64,000 nucleotides of DNA from positions 14,633 through 78,632 of the forward strand of contig JAYOEE010000004.1 of the NCBI GenBank assembly GCA_038106565.1, read 5' to 3'. The notes beneath the pieces were generated by a model. That model worked only from the letters and a program-made list of their open reading frames with translations, searched no databases and was not told the DNA's origin. This DNA comes from Halieaceae bacterium (lineage in GTDB: Bacteria > Pseudomonadota > Gammaproteobacteria > Pseudomonadales > Halieaceae). The position numbers and the translations under genes are program-made. Shown here piece by piece: positions 48,047-58,380 of this stretch; the first letter of the stretch is position 1, and every line of letters starts with the position of its first letter.

Positions 48047-49399
48047 ATGTCTTCCACCATAGCCAGCACCGAGAAGCGAATGATTTTTGGACTCGGCGCC
48101 ACGGGGCGCAGTGTTGCTCGGTGGTGGAAGAGGCAGGGAGTGGCTTTTGTTGCAATCGACACGCGCGACGAGCTGGCAGCCGAAGCCGCGGGATGGCCCG
48201 AAGTCGACGGCAATGTCCTTGCTTGCGGTGACGTAGATCCTGCTCTTGGTGATGATATTACCGAGATGATTGTGAGCCCGGGCATTGCTCTGGAGCACCC
48301 TTTTGTCGCCCGTGCGAGACAACGTGGCTGCCGTATTAGGGGTGACATCGATCTTTTCATGGAAGCGGTCAGTGCCCCTGTCGTAGGCATCACGGGATCC
48401 AATGGCAAATCCACGGTGACAGGGTTGCTGGGTGACATGGTGTCCGCCTGCGGCCTGAGGGTAGCAATTGGCGGTAACTTTGGTATCCCGGCCCTCGATT
48501 TGCTTGAGCGGGACGCGGACGTGTATGTGTTAGAGCTCTCCAGTTTTCAGCTCGAGCGCGCTGAACCGCTTGGCCTTGAATCAGCCGTTGTATTGAATAT
48601 TTCGGCAGATCATTTGGATCGTTACCCTTCGCTCGTTGCTTATCACCAGGCCAAACACCGTATTTTCGGACGTTCGAAACATGTCATTGCGAATCGAGAC
48701 GATCCACTCACCATTCCACTGATGTCTGAGGGTGCCACCGCCGTTTGGTGGCGGGTTGGCGAGCCGGACCTGAATGAGTTTGGATTGCGGAGCATTGATG
48801 GTGCGATATGGATCTGTCGCGGTAACCAAAGCCTGCTTGCCACGACAGAACTGAAGCTGGTAGGTCGGCACAATTACCACAACGTACTGGCTGCACTAGC
48901 GCTTGGAAGCTCGCTGAAGTTGCCCGTTGATGGCTTGCTGAGGGGCGCACTAGGCTACCGCGGTCTCCCGCACCGCTGCCAGTTTGTTGCCTCCATAGAT
49001 GACGTGGCGTTTATTGACGATAGCAAAGCCACCAACATCGGAGCGACGCTGGCCGCGCTTGAGGGTTTAGCTGGCAATAATGATGTATGGCTCATTCTTG
49101 GTGGGCAGGGTAAGGGCCAGGACTTCAGTCTGCTGAGCGCTGCTGTGGCCGAAAAGTGTGCAGGCGTTCTGTTAATTGGCGAGGCCGCCACCGAGATCGC
49201 TCCACATCTCAGTGGCGTGGCAACTGTTCTTAAGTCGCCGTCTCTTGAGGTTGCCGTGTCTGAATCCGCGAGCGCGGCCCGACCGGGGCAGACGGTGTTG
49301 TTGTCGCCCGCTTGCGCGAGCTTCGACATGTTCCGTGACTATGTTGAGCGAGGTGAACGCTTTCAAACCGCAGTGAGCAGCTTGGAGGTGGCGGCATGA
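48047..49399 (+). CDS. murD: UDP-N-acetylmuramoylalanine--D-glutamate ligase
   Basis: GSNGKST P-loop. ATG 48047 has GAGGTGA 8 nt upstream. The ORF track's GTG 48035 is the alternative start. Confidence 0.93.
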   Translation: MSSTIASTEKRMIFGLGATGRSVARWWKRQGVAFVAIDTRDELAAEAAGWPEVDGNVLACGDVDPALGDDITEMIVSPGIALEHPFVARARQRGCRIRGDIDLFMEAVSAPVVGITGSNGKSTVTGLLGDMVSACGLRVAIGGNFGIPALDLLERDADVYVLELSSFQLERAEPLGLESAVVLNISADHLDRYPSLVAYHQAKHRIFGRSKHVIANRDDPLTIPLMSEGATAVWWRVGEPDLNEFGLRSIDGAIWICRGNQSLLATTELKLVGRHNYHNVLAALALGSSLKLPVDGLLRGALGYRGLPHRCQFVASIDDVAFIDDSKATNIGATLAALEGLAGNNDVWLILGGQGKGQDFSLLSAAVAEKCAGVLLIGEAATEIAPHLSGVATVLKSPSLEVAVSESASAARPGQTVLLSPACASFDMFRDYVERGERFQTAVSSLEVAA

Positions 49400-50562
49400 A
49401 GCATGATGCACCTCCCTCGCTCGTATCTGGCGACGCGTTGCTGTTCGTATTGGGCGCTTCACTCATTTGTATTGGATTGGTCGCCATTGCGTCCGCATCG
49501 ATTGAGTATGGCGACTTCCATTTTGGTAATCCGTGGTATCACACCGAGCGTCACGCGCTGTATCTCTCGATTGGCCTCGCCTTGGGCGCGCTCGCTTATA
49601 TGGTGCCGACAGAGTTCCTCCAGCGCTGGTCACCCTGGTGTTTGTTCGCGGCTTTTGCGCTTCTGATTCTGGTGCTGTTACCCGGCATTGGTCATGAGGT
49701 GAATGGCGCGCAGCGTTGGCTACCCATCGGCCCTGTTTCGTTGCAACCGTCGGAGTTTGCAAAGTTTGCGTTGGTGCTCTACACGGCGGGATTTTTGGTG
49801 AGGCAGGAGGAAGCGGTTCGCTACCACTGGCAGGGGCTTGCCAAGCTGATCGCTGTTCTCGCGATTGTCGCCTCACTGCTGCTTTTTGAGCCTGACTTTG
49901 GTGCCACCGTGATCGCGGTCGGTACCGTTGTCGGGATGATGTTCCTAGCAGGCGCCCGTCTCACCTACATTCTGCTCATGGTGGCGGTTGTCTTAATGAC
50001 CTTCGCTGGGCTCATCGCCGCTGCGCCGTATCGACTACAGCGCCTCACGGCATTTCAAGATCCTTGGGCGGACCCCTATGGAGCGGGATTTCAGTTGATC
50101 CAGTCTCTGATCGCGTTCGGACAAGGTGAGTGGCTGGGTGCGGGGCTCGGCAATAGCGTACAGAAGCTGTTCTATCTACCAGAAGCACACACCGATTTTG
50201 TTTTCTCAATTTGGGCTGAGGAGACAGGTTTTGTTGGCGCGTTCGTGCTGATTGCGCTCTTTACCGCACTGGTCGCGCGAATTTTGCAAACCGGTTGGAA
50301 AGCGTCGCAACTGGATTGGCCTTTTGCCGCCTATGTCTGTTTCGGTGCGGCGTTGATTTTCTCGGGTCAGGCGTTCGTCAACATGGGTGCCAGCACGGGT
50401 TTGTTACCTACGAAGGGGCTGACTCTCCCGTTTGTTAGCTACGGCGGATCAAGTCTGGTGATGAATTGCGTGTTACTCGGCATTGTTCTTCGGGTGGCGA
50501 GGCAGGTCAGTGCCAGCGAATCAGGCGATGGTGTAACGACCAGAGGATGGGTGCGCGCATGA
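49396..50562 (+). CDS. ftsW: SEDS-family peptidoglycan glycosyltransferase FtsW
   Basis: Polytopic protein with the PEAHTDFVFS motif. GGAGG lies upstream of the ATG. Confidence 0.94.
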   Translation: MKHDAPPSLVSGDALLFVLGASLICIGLVAIASASIEYGDFHFGNPWYHTERHALYLSIGLALGALAYMVPTEFLQRWSPWCLFAAFALLILVLLPGIGHEVNGAQRWLPIGPVSLQPSEFAKFALVLYTAGFLVRQEEAVRYHWQGLAKLIAVLAIVASLLLFEPDFGATVIAVGTVVGMMFLAGARLTYILLMVAVVLMTFAGLIAAAPYRLQRLTAFQDPWADPYGAGFQLIQSLIAFGQGEWLGAGLGNSVQKLFYLPEAHTDFVFSIWAEETGFVGAFVLIALFTALVARILQTGWKASQLDWPFAAYVCFGAALIFSGQAFVNMGASTGLLPTKGLTLPFVSYGGSSLVMNCVLLGIVLRVARQVSASESGDGVTTRGWVRA

Positions 50563-51689
50563 CCGCATCGCAAGCACATTCGGTTAGAGGCAGAGCATTG
50601 ATCGCCGCGGGGGGCACGGGCGGGCACGTCTATCCTGCTCTCGCTGTGGCACTGGAGCTCGTATCCCAAGGGTGGTCGGTGGATTGGCTGGGCACAGAGC
50701 GAGGCATCGAGCAGCGAGTGGTGCCCGCAGCGGGTTTGCCCTTGCACTATTTGACTGTATCAGGGTTCCGAGGCAAAACACTCATAGCTCGTCTCAAAGC
50801 ACTTTCTCTGTTGGGCATCTCTTTGTGGCAGTCGCTGCGGATTCTGCGTCGCATTCAGCCCGATGTGGTGTTGGGCATGGGTGGGTACACGGCCGGTCCC
50901 GCGGGCATCGCCGCATGGCTGAGCCGTCGTCCCTTGGTGGTGCATGAGCAGAACGCGGTCGCGGGTACGACAAACCGGTTGTTGGCGCCGCTGGCCAAGC
51001 GGATTCTGGCGGGCTTACCGGGTGGGTTCCGTAGCGAGCGCAAAGTCGAGACGGTGGGGAATCCTGTCCGTGCCGGGTTGGCAGTCATTGACCGGGTTCA
51101 TCTGGACAACATGCCCCAGTTCACACCTGAGCGGCCGCTTCGCATATTGGTGCTCGGAGGAAGCCTTGGTGCCGCGCCGCTCAATCGGCTCATCCCCTTG
51201 GTGGCGAGTGAGATGGGGATCAGAGGAAGTCTGGACAAAATCGCCATTTGGCAACAGTGCGGCGAGCGAAACCGTCTTGAAGCTAAGCAAGCCTGGCAGG
51301 ACGGTCAGTCTGCAAGCGTTCGGTTGGACGATTTTATTGAGGACATGACGAGCGCATATGCTTGGGCCGACTTGGTAATCGCCCGCGCAGGCGCACTTAC
51401 CGTATCTGAGCTAGCCGTCACAGGAACGGCTTCAATCTTGATTCCGCTGCCGCAGGCCATCGATGACCACCAAACAAGAAACGCGGAAGTACTGGCAGCG
51501 TCTGGTGCGGCGGTCTTACTGGCGCAACAAGAGGCGACGCCAGAGCGTGTCGCGGATCTGCTGGAGGCATGGATTGCGTCACCGCTTTCCGTCGCCACCA
51601 TGAGTCGCGCGGCACTGGGATTGTCCCGGGCAGACGCGACTGATCGCGTTGTTACCGTCATGAAAGAGATTGCTCATGCAAGCATTTGA
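50559..51689 (+). CDS. murG: UDP-N-acetylglucosamine--N-acetylmuramyl-(pentapeptide) pyrophosphoryl-undecaprenol GlcNAc transferase
   Basis: Start set to ATG 50559 (ATGA overlap with ftsW). GGTGGHVYPALAVA motif. Confidence 0.95.
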   Translation: MTASQAHSVRGRALIAAGGTGGHVYPALAVALELVSQGWSVDWLGTERGIEQRVVPAAGLPLHYLTVSGFRGKTLIARLKALSLLGISLWQSLRILRRIQPDVVLGMGGYTAGPAGIAAWLSRRPLVVHEQNAVAGTTNRLLAPLAKRILAGLPGGFRSERKVETVGNPVRAGLAVIDRVHLDNMPQFTPERPLRILVLGGSLGAAPLNRLIPLVASEMGIRGSLDKIAIWQQCGERNRLEAKQAWQDGQSASVRLDDFIEDMTSAYAWADLVIARAGALTVSELAVTGTASILIPLPQAIDDHQTRNAEVLAASGAAVLLAQQEATPERVADLLEAWIASPLSVATMSRAALGLSRADATDRVVTVMKEIAHASI

Positions 51690-53112
51690 GCCGAAAACCG
51701 TCGTCGCCGGCATGGGCCGAACCCGCCAAATTTTCATGGTGGGCATTGGCGGGGCGGGTATGAGCGGCATAGCCGAGGTTTTAGTGGGCCTCGGCTATAC
51801 AGTGAGCGGGTCGGACCAATCGGAGAGTCCGGCGCTTGACCGACTGAGAGCTTTGGGCGTGACAGTCTTTATCGGACACCATGCTGAACACCTCAGCGAT
51901 GCTGATGTCTTGGTCGTGTCGTCTGCTATTCCACCTGACAACCCCGAGTGCTGCGCTGCGCGCGAGCGCCGCATCCCCGTTGTGCCGCGCGCAGAAATGT
52001 TGGCGGAGCTCATGCGATATCGCTTTGGAATCGCAGTCGCTGGAACTCACGGAAAAACGACTACTACGAGCTTAATTGCCTCGATTCTGGGTGAGGCAGG
52101 TGAGGATCCCACTTTTGTAATCGGTGGACTGCTGAATCAGGCTGGTACGCACGCGCAATTGGGTGGCGGGCATTACCTCGTCGTTGAGGCTGACGAGAGC
52201 GACGCGTCTTTTTTGCAGTTGCAACCGATGATGGCCGTCGTCACCAATATCGAGGCCGATCACATGGAGCACTATGAGGGTGATCTGGCGCGGTATGTCC
52301 AAGCCTTCGATGGCTTCCTGCACAATTTGCCATTTTATGGCTCCGCCATCATGTGCCTCGACGATCGTGGCGTACGGAATCTCGTGCCTGACCTGACAAG
52401 GCGCGTTGTGACCTATGGTCGCCATGCAGAGGCAGACTATCGCCTCGAAAACTATCGTGGCGATGGATTGCATAGCCAGTTTGATCTGATCCGCCCCGAG
52501 GGCCAAGAGGCACTGTCGCTGCGGGTCGCCATGCCGGGATTACACAACGCGCTGAATGCTGCAGGTGCTGCCGCTCTGTGTAGTGAGCTGGGTATCGATA
52601 AATCTGCTATTCAAAAAGGTCTTGCCGAATTTGGTGGAGTGGGGCGGCGGTTTTCCGATTTGGGCACAGTCCAGTGGGCGGGCGGCCGCGCGCGCTTGAT
52701 TGATGATTACGGTCACCACCCCACTGAGCTCGCTGTGACGCTCACTGCAATGCGAGAAGCGTTCCCGGGTCAGCGACTGGTAATGGTTTATCAGCCACAT
52801 CGTTACACCCGGACCAGAGATCATTTCGACGACTTTGTGTCTGTTCTCGGCGAAGGCCAATCACTCATTCTTTTAGAGGTCTACTCGGCCGGAGAGCAGC
52901 TTATCGACGGCGCGGATTCCCACGCATTGGCGAAGGCGATTCGAAGTCGTGGCATGGTGGATCCGATTGTGGTGTCGGACCAGAGCCAGCTGGCTGCGGT
53001 GTTGATTGGCGTCCTGGAGGACAACGACATCCTACTCATGCAGGGAGCGGGCGACATCGGTCGATTGGCCACGGCGCTCGCCGAGTCCGAGAATTTGGAG
53101 GTCCTGCTGTGA
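51676..53112 (+). CDS. murC: UDP-N-acetylmuramate--L-alanine ligase
   Basis: VGIGGAGMSGIAEVL and the GTHGKTTTTS P-loop. ATG 51676 is chosen, with TTG 51670 as the alternative. Confidence 0.95.
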   Translation: MQAFEPKTVVAGMGRTRQIFMVGIGGAGMSGIAEVLVGLGYTVSGSDQSESPALDRLRALGVTVFIGHHAEHLSDADVLVVSSAIPPDNPECCAARERRIPVVPRAEMLAELMRYRFGIAVAGTHGKTTTTSLIASILGEAGEDPTFVIGGLLNQAGTHAQLGGGHYLVVEADESDASFLQLQPMMAVVTNIEADHMEHYEGDLARYVQAFDGFLHNLPFYGSAIMCLDDRGVRNLVPDLTRRVVTYGRHAEADYRLENYRGDGLHSQFDLIRPEGQEALSLRVAMPGLHNALNAAGAAALCSELGIDKSAIQKGLAEFGGVGRRFSDLGTVQWAGGRARLIDDYGHHPTELAVTLTAMREAFPGQRLVMVYQPHRYTRTRDHFDDFVSVLGEGQSLILLEVYSAGEQLIDGADSHALAKAIRSRGMVDPIVVSDQSQLAAVLIGVLEDNDILLMQGAGDIGRLATALAESENLEVLL

Positions 53113-54038
53113 GTAATCACGCTTTCAGCAACGAGACGTTTGCAGTCTTGCTAGGGGGTTCCGCCGCTGAGCGGGAGATATCCCTGGAGAGTGGCGAATG
53201 CGTCGCGACGGCGCTAGAGCAGACTGGTGCGACGATTCTGCGCATTGATCCTGCTGAACTTGACTGGTGGCAGCGTCTGTCTGGCGCATCTTTCGTGTTT
53301 AACCTTTTACACGGTCCCGGCGGGGAAGACGGAACGGTACAAGGCCTGCTGGACCTTATGGGTTTGCCGTATAGCGGATCCGGGGTGCTGGGATCAGCGC
53401 TGACTATGGACAAGGCACGTACCAAGTTGCTGTGGCAGGGAGCGGCTCTGCCCACTCCCCGGTTTGCCAATTTGTCTGTCGACACCGATTGGGAACGCGT
53501 CGCCAAGGAATTGGGCACTGTTTTCGTTAAGCCTGCGCTGGAGGGATCCTCCTTGGGTATGACGAAGGCCCGCGGCGCTGAGCAGATCGCCGAGGCGTAC
53601 CGCATTGCCGCTAACTTCGGTGGCGAGGTCATAGCAGAGCAGTTTATTGAGGGCCGCGAATACACGGTAGCGATATTGGGAGATCGCGCGCTGCCCAGCA
53701 TTCGCATCGAAGTGTCGGGCGATTTCTATGATTTCGATGCGAAGTATCGATCCGATGAGACGCGATTTTATTGCCCCTCGGGACTCTCAGAGAGCGATGA
53801 GACGGAGCTTTCCGAATTGGCGCTTGCGGCATTCCGACTCACCGGTGCCGAAGTTTGGGGCCGTGTGGACGTGATCCGAGAGGATTCAGGCGGTTGGCAA
53901 TTGCTTGAGGTCAATACGGTCCCCGGTATGACTACTCATAGTCTGGTACCCATGGCAGCGAAAACAGCAGGTTTGTCTATGATCGAGGTGCTGGCCGAGA
54001 TTTTTGCTGCAAGCAGGAGCTCGCGAACTCATGGCTAA
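53109..54038 (+). CDS. ddlB: D-alanine--D-alanine ligase
   Basis: ATP-grasp fold with FNLLHGPGGEDGTVQG and GSSLGM. GTG start with GGAGG 7 nt upstream. Confidence 0.94.
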   Translation: MSNHAFSNETFAVLLGGSAAEREISLESGECVATALEQTGATILRIDPAELDWWQRLSGASFVFNLLHGPGGEDGTVQGLLDLMGLPYSGSGVLGSALTMDKARTKLLWQGAALPTPRFANLSVDTDWERVAKELGTVFVKPALEGSSLGMTKARGAEQIAEAYRIAANFGGEVIAEQFIEGREYTVAILGDRALPSIRIEVSGDFYDFDAKYRSDETRFYCPSGLSESDETELSELALAAFRLTGAEVWGRVDVIREDSGGWQLLEVNTVPGMTTHSLVPMAAKTAGLSMIEVLAEIFAASRSSRTHG

Positions 54039-54837
54039 GGGTACCGTACAGCGCCGCAGAGGGGCGCACCGCAAACAAGATGCGGTGAGCGCAAAGCATC
54101 ATTCCTCGACGCCGCTAAGAAAATGGATAAACCGAAGCTTGCTGGTGCTGGGGACGATGCTGATCAGTGCGGGCCTCTACCGTGGCACTACGATGCTCGG
54201 AGCGCATCAGGTAGAGACACTGACCATTCTCGGGGATGTTCATCATATCGATCCTCAGGCCATCCAGCTTCGGCTCGCACCGAGAATTGCTGAGGGATTT
54301 TTCTCTGCCGACCTCCGGGACTTGCGGCAAGAGCTGGAGTCATTGCCATGGGTTTATCAGGTGAACACTCGCAGGCGCTGGCCAGCCGAGATCGAGGTTT
54401 ATCTGATCGAGCAGCGTCCACTTGCGCGCTGGGGTAACAGTGGATACCTCAATCACGAGGGGCAGTTTTTTCAGGTGGCACATGAGACTCGGTATGACCA
54501 TCTCCCCTTACTCAATGGACCTGAAGGCAGTGAGACGGAGTTGATGCGTCGCTATCAGGTTTTGGCAGCGCTGCTTGAGCCAGATGGCTTGACGATTCAT
54601 GCCATTTCTCTCGATACGCTCGGGCAAGTGTTGATTCAGTTGGATGAAGGACCCGAGCTGATGTTGGGTGCCAGCGAAATGGCACATCGAATTAGACGGT
54701 TTAGGCAGATTTGGGAAGCAGCGTCGCCCCGGGCGCCTATCGCGAGAATCGATTTGCGATACGAGCACGGAGCGGCGGTGTCTTTTGCTGATAGCAGAGT
54801 GGTGATGCGATCGACGGATGGCGGGAGGCAGGGTTGA
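54031..54837 (+). CDS. ftsQ: cell division protein FtsQ
   Basis: Start set to ATG 54031, overlapping ddl by 8 nt. Basic N-terminus, TM helix and POTRA-like domain. Canonical position. Confidence 0.88.
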   Translation: MAKGTVQRRRGAHRKQDAVSAKHHSSTPLRKWINRSLLVLGTMLISAGLYRGTTMLGAHQVETLTILGDVHHIDPQAIQLRLAPRIAEGFFSADLRDLRQELESLPWVYQVNTRRRWPAEIEVYLIEQRPLARWGNSGYLNHEGQFFQVAHETRYDHLPLLNGPEGSETELMRRYQVLAALLEPDGLTIHAISLDTLGQVLIQLDEGPELMLGASEMAHRIRRFRQIWEAASPRAPIARIDLRYEHGAAVSFADSRVVMRSTDGGRQG

Positions 54838-56075
54838 TGGCGAATACAGACAGCAAACAGATGATCGTTGGCTTGGATATCGGCACTTCGAAGGTGGTTG
54901 CGGTCGTGGGCGAGGTTGATGCCGATGGTGATATCGAAGTTGTAGGAATCGGTTCGCACCCCTCGCGCGGCATGAAAAAGGGTGTCGTTGTGAACATCGA
55001 GTCGACCGTGAATGCGATTCAGCGAGCGGTAGAGGAGGCCGAGCTGATGGCTGGGTGTCAAATTCACTCCGTCTATGTCGGCATCGCCGGTAGCCACATC
55101 CGGTCCGTCAATTCACATGGCATTGTCGCCATTCGGGATCAGGAGGTTTTTCAGCAGGACGTTGATCGTGTGATTGACGCGGCGCAGGCGGTTGCAATTC
55201 CGGCGGATCAGAAAGTACTCCATGTTTTGCCGCAGGAATATGTCATCGACAACCAATCGGGCATTCGAGAGCCGCTTGGCATGTCGGGTGTGAGACTCGA
55301 GGCGAAGGTTCACCTTGTGACTTGTGCGGTGAATGCGGCTCAGAACATCGAAAAATGTGTTGAGCGCTGCGGTCTGACGGTGGATGGCATCATCCTGGAG
55401 CAACTGGCTTCGAGTTATTCAGTGATTACCGAGGACGAGCGCGATCTCGGCGTCTGCTTGGTCGATATTGGCGGCGGCACCTCAGATATCGCGATCTTTA
55501 CCGATGGTTCTATTCGCCATACTGGAGTGATTCCTATTGCGGGTGATCAGGTCACCAATGACATTGCCATGGCATTGCGGACTCCAACCCAACATGCCGA
55601 AGAAATCAAAATTCGTTACGCCTGCGCTCTAAGGCAACTTGCCGGACCCGAGGAAACAATCAAGGTGCCCAGCGTCGGTGACCGGCCTCCGAGGGATTTA
55701 TCGAGGCAATCTTTGGCGGAGGTTGTCGAGCCCCGCTATGACGAACTGTTCACTTTGATTCAGTCGGAACTCCGGCGCTCTGGTTATGAGGAATTAATTC
55801 CGGCTGGTGTGGTGCTAACGGGTGGCACCTCAAAGATGGAGGGTGCGGTTGATCTGGCGGAAGAGATTTTCCACATGCCCGTGCGGGTAGGCGCACCCCA
55901 GTACGCAAGGGGCTTGCACGACATCATTCGCAATCCGATATACGCCACCGCCGTGGGCCTGCTGTTGTATGGAGCCGAAGAGGTTCATGAGGGAGCTCGT
56001 GAGGAGCGCGAGGCAAAGAATCAAGGGTTGAGTTTTGCTGGGCGAGTCAAGGAGTGGTTCGCGCGGCACTTTTGA
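54834..56075 (+). CDS. ftsA: cell division protein FtsA
   Basis: Actin-like protein with DIGTSKV and DIGGGTSDIA, and a C-terminal amphipathic helix. Confidence 0.96.
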   Translation: MMANTDSKQMIVGLDIGTSKVVAVVGEVDADGDIEVVGIGSHPSRGMKKGVVVNIESTVNAIQRAVEEAELMAGCQIHSVYVGIAGSHIRSVNSHGIVAIRDQEVFQQDVDRVIDAAQAVAIPADQKVLHVLPQEYVIDNQSGIREPLGMSGVRLEAKVHLVTCAVNAAQNIEKCVERCGLTVDGIILEQLASSYSVITEDERDLGVCLVDIGGGTSDIAIFTDGSIRHTGVIPIAGDQVTNDIAMALRTPTQHAEEIKIRYACALRQLAGPEETIKVPSVGDRPPRDLSRQSLAEVVEPRYDELFTLIQSELRRSGYEELIPAGVVLTGGTSKMEGAVDLAEEIFHMPVRVGAPQYARGLHDIIRNPIYATAVGLLLYGAEEVHEGAREEREAKNQGLSFAGRVKEWFARHF

Positions 56076-56136
56076 ATTGATTGCAGTTGAAACGAGGGTC
56101 CGCAGTTTGGATCTTTTAACTTAAGGGGAGAAAGTC

Positions 56137-57300
56137 ATGTTCGAACTAGTAGATAGTGCACCACAAAGTGCCGTGATCAAGGTGATCGGTGTCGGTGGCG
56201 GTGGCGGCAACGCCGTCCGTCACATGATTGATCATCAGGTGGAAGGTGTTGATTTTATCTGTGCCAACACAGATGCGCAGGCGCTCTCGGACATCAGTTC
56301 GAAAACCGTCCTGCAGTTGGGTGCGGGCATTACGAAGGGACTGGGCGCTGGCGCTAATCCTGAAGTAGGTCGGGCCGCGGCGCTTGAAGACCGGGATCGG
56401 ATTGCCGACGCTTTGCACGGCGCCGATATGGTCTTTGTCACCGCCGGTATGGGCGGGGGCACCGGCACGGGCGCGGCCCCTATCGTGGCTGAAGTCGCGC
56501 GTGAACTGGGCATTCTGACGGTTGCCGTGGTAACACGCCCATTTGGTTTCGAGGGTAGGCGGCGTTTGTCGACAGCGGAAGAGGGCCTTGCCCAAATCGC
56601 CCAGCATTGCGACTCTCTTATCACGATTCCAAATGAAAAATTGCTCGAGGTACTGGGATCCAATACCTCTTTGCTCGATGCTTTCAAAGAGGCTAACGAC
56701 GTGTTGTTGGGCGCTGTTCAGGGTATCGCGGATCTGATTATCAGGCCGGGGTTGGTCAACGTGGACTTTGCTGACGTGCGTACCGTGATGTCAGAGATGG
56801 GATCTGCAATGATGGGAACCGGCACCGCTGTCGGGGAAAACAGAGCTCGGGAAGCGGCAGAGCGCGCCATCAACAGTCCTTTGCTAGACGATATCGACCT
56901 CAGTGGTGCGCGCGGGATCCTCGTGAATATCACGGCAGGTCTGGATCTGTCCTTGGGAGAGTTCTCAGAGGTTGGCGCAACGATTGAAGATATCGCCTCA
57001 GAAGATGCCACGGTTGTGGTGGGTACGGTTATCGATCCCGAGATGACCGATGCCTTGAAAGTAACCGTAGTGGCGACGGGGCTCCGTAGCGTCGACGCGC
57101 GACCCGCACTGACCGCTGTTGAGGCAACGGTGCCCAAGCGACCCGCTACGGTCGGCGCAGATTATGACGATTACGATCTGCCGCCCAACGTGCGCTCACG
57201 CGCGCCAGCGACACATGGTCAGGCTGCGCTCAAGATGGATGAGGATCTGGATGAGCAACTATTTGATGTGCCAGCATTCCTGCGCCGGCAAGCTGACTGA
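56137..57300 (+). CDS. ftsZ: cell division GTPase FtsZ
   Basis: Tubulin signature GGGTGTGAAP and the conserved C-terminal peptide DVPAFLRRQAD. Confidence 0.98.
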   Translation: MFELVDSAPQSAVIKVIGVGGGGGNAVRHMIDHQVEGVDFICANTDAQALSDISSKTVLQLGAGITKGLGAGANPEVGRAAALEDRDRIADALHGADMVFVTAGMGGGTGTGAAPIVAEVARELGILTVAVVTRPFGFEGRRRLSTAEEGLAQIAQHCDSLITIPNEKLLEVLGSNTSLLDAFKEANDVLLGAVQGIADLIIRPGLVNVDFADVRTVMSEMGSAMMGTGTAVGENRAREAAERAINSPLLDDIDLSGARGILVNITAGLDLSLGEFSEVGATIEDIASEDATVVVGTVIDPEMTDALKVTVVATGLRSVDARPALTAVEATVPKRPATVGADYDDYDLPPNVRSRAPATHGQAALKMDEDLDEQLFDVPAFLRRQAD

Positions 57301-57400
57301 GAGGGTGTAAAGGCCCCATTCGTGTAAATAATGAAGGTGGCAAGGCTGGAATGCGCTAGCGCGCCCTAGTATGGTTTGCCCTCTGCAGAGAGGAAAAGTC

Positions 57401-58318
57401 ATGCTGAGACAGCGTACCCTGCTTGAGTCGATTAAATCGACGGGAGTAGGGCTACATTCCGGTCAAAAGGTGGAGATGACCCTGAGCCCGGCGCCAGTTG
57501 ACGCTGGGGTGGTGTTCCGCCGCATCGACCTCAGTCCGGCCCGGGAAATCCCCGCCCGAGCCGACTGGGTTGATGAAACCGACCTGTCTACCAGCTTGGG
57601 TACTGGAGAGGGCCAGGTCACCACGGTAGAGCATTTGCTCTCGGCGTTGTGTGGTCTGGGCATAGACAATGTCTACATTGACCTCGACTCCCCCGAGGTG
57701 CCCATTCTGGACGGCTCGGCGGGTCCTTTTGTTTACCTAATTCAGACAGCAGGAATTCGCGAGCAGTCGGCTCCCAAACGTTTTATCCGAGTCACTGAGA
57801 CTGTCGAAGTCAGCGACGGTGACAAGCGCGCAATCTTGCGTCCTTATGATGGATTCAAGCTGAGTTTTTCAATCGATTTCGATCATCCGGTTTTCCTTCA
57901 GCAAGCGAAGCATGCGACAGTTGACCTCGGCGGCGAGGCGTTTATGCGGGAAGTGAGCCGCGCAAGAACCTTCGGTTTTGTGCATGAGTTTGAGTACATG
58001 CGTGCCCGAGGCCTGGCGCGGGGTGGTAGCGTCGATAATGCGATTGTGATTGATGACTACCGCATTTTGAATGAGGGAGGTTTGCGCTACGACGACGAGT
58101 TTGTAAAGCACAAAATCCTCGACGCGGTAGGTGACCTCTATTTACTGGGGCATCAACTGATTGGTGAGTACGAGGGTGTCAAGTCGGGCCATGCGCTGAA
58201 TAACAGGTTGGTCAGAGCACTGCTGCAGGCAAAACAGTCTTGGGAATGGGTCACTTATGAAGAGGTCGCCGATGCGCCTATTGACTGGTCTATCCCGGCT
58301 GACCTGCAACTGGCGTGA
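57401..58318 (+). CDS. lpxC: UDP-3-O-acyl-N-acetylglucosamine deacetylase
   Basis: Start set to ATG 57401, preceded by [30 protein letters not shown] parallels E. coli LpxC. 305 aa. Confidence 0.95.
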   Translation: MLRQRTLLESIKSTGVGLHSGQKVEMTLSPAPVDAGVVFRRIDLSPAREIPARADWVDETDLSTSLGTGEGQVTTVEHLLSALCGLGIDNVYIDLDSPEVPILDGSAGPFVYLIQTAGIREQSAPKRFIRVTETVEVSDGDKRAILRPYDGFKLSFSIDFDHPVFLQQAKHATVDLGGEAFMREVSRARTFGFVHEFEYMRARGLARGGSVDNAIVIDDYRILNEGGLRYDDEFVKHKILDAVGDLYLLGHQLIGEYEGVKSGHALNNRLVRALLQAKQSWEWVTYEEVADAPIDWSIPADLQLA

Positions 58319-58380
58319 TGCATGATGATGCGGCGCTCGCAAACAGAAAAGGTTTCCCGCAGACACTGGAGATGGCATAG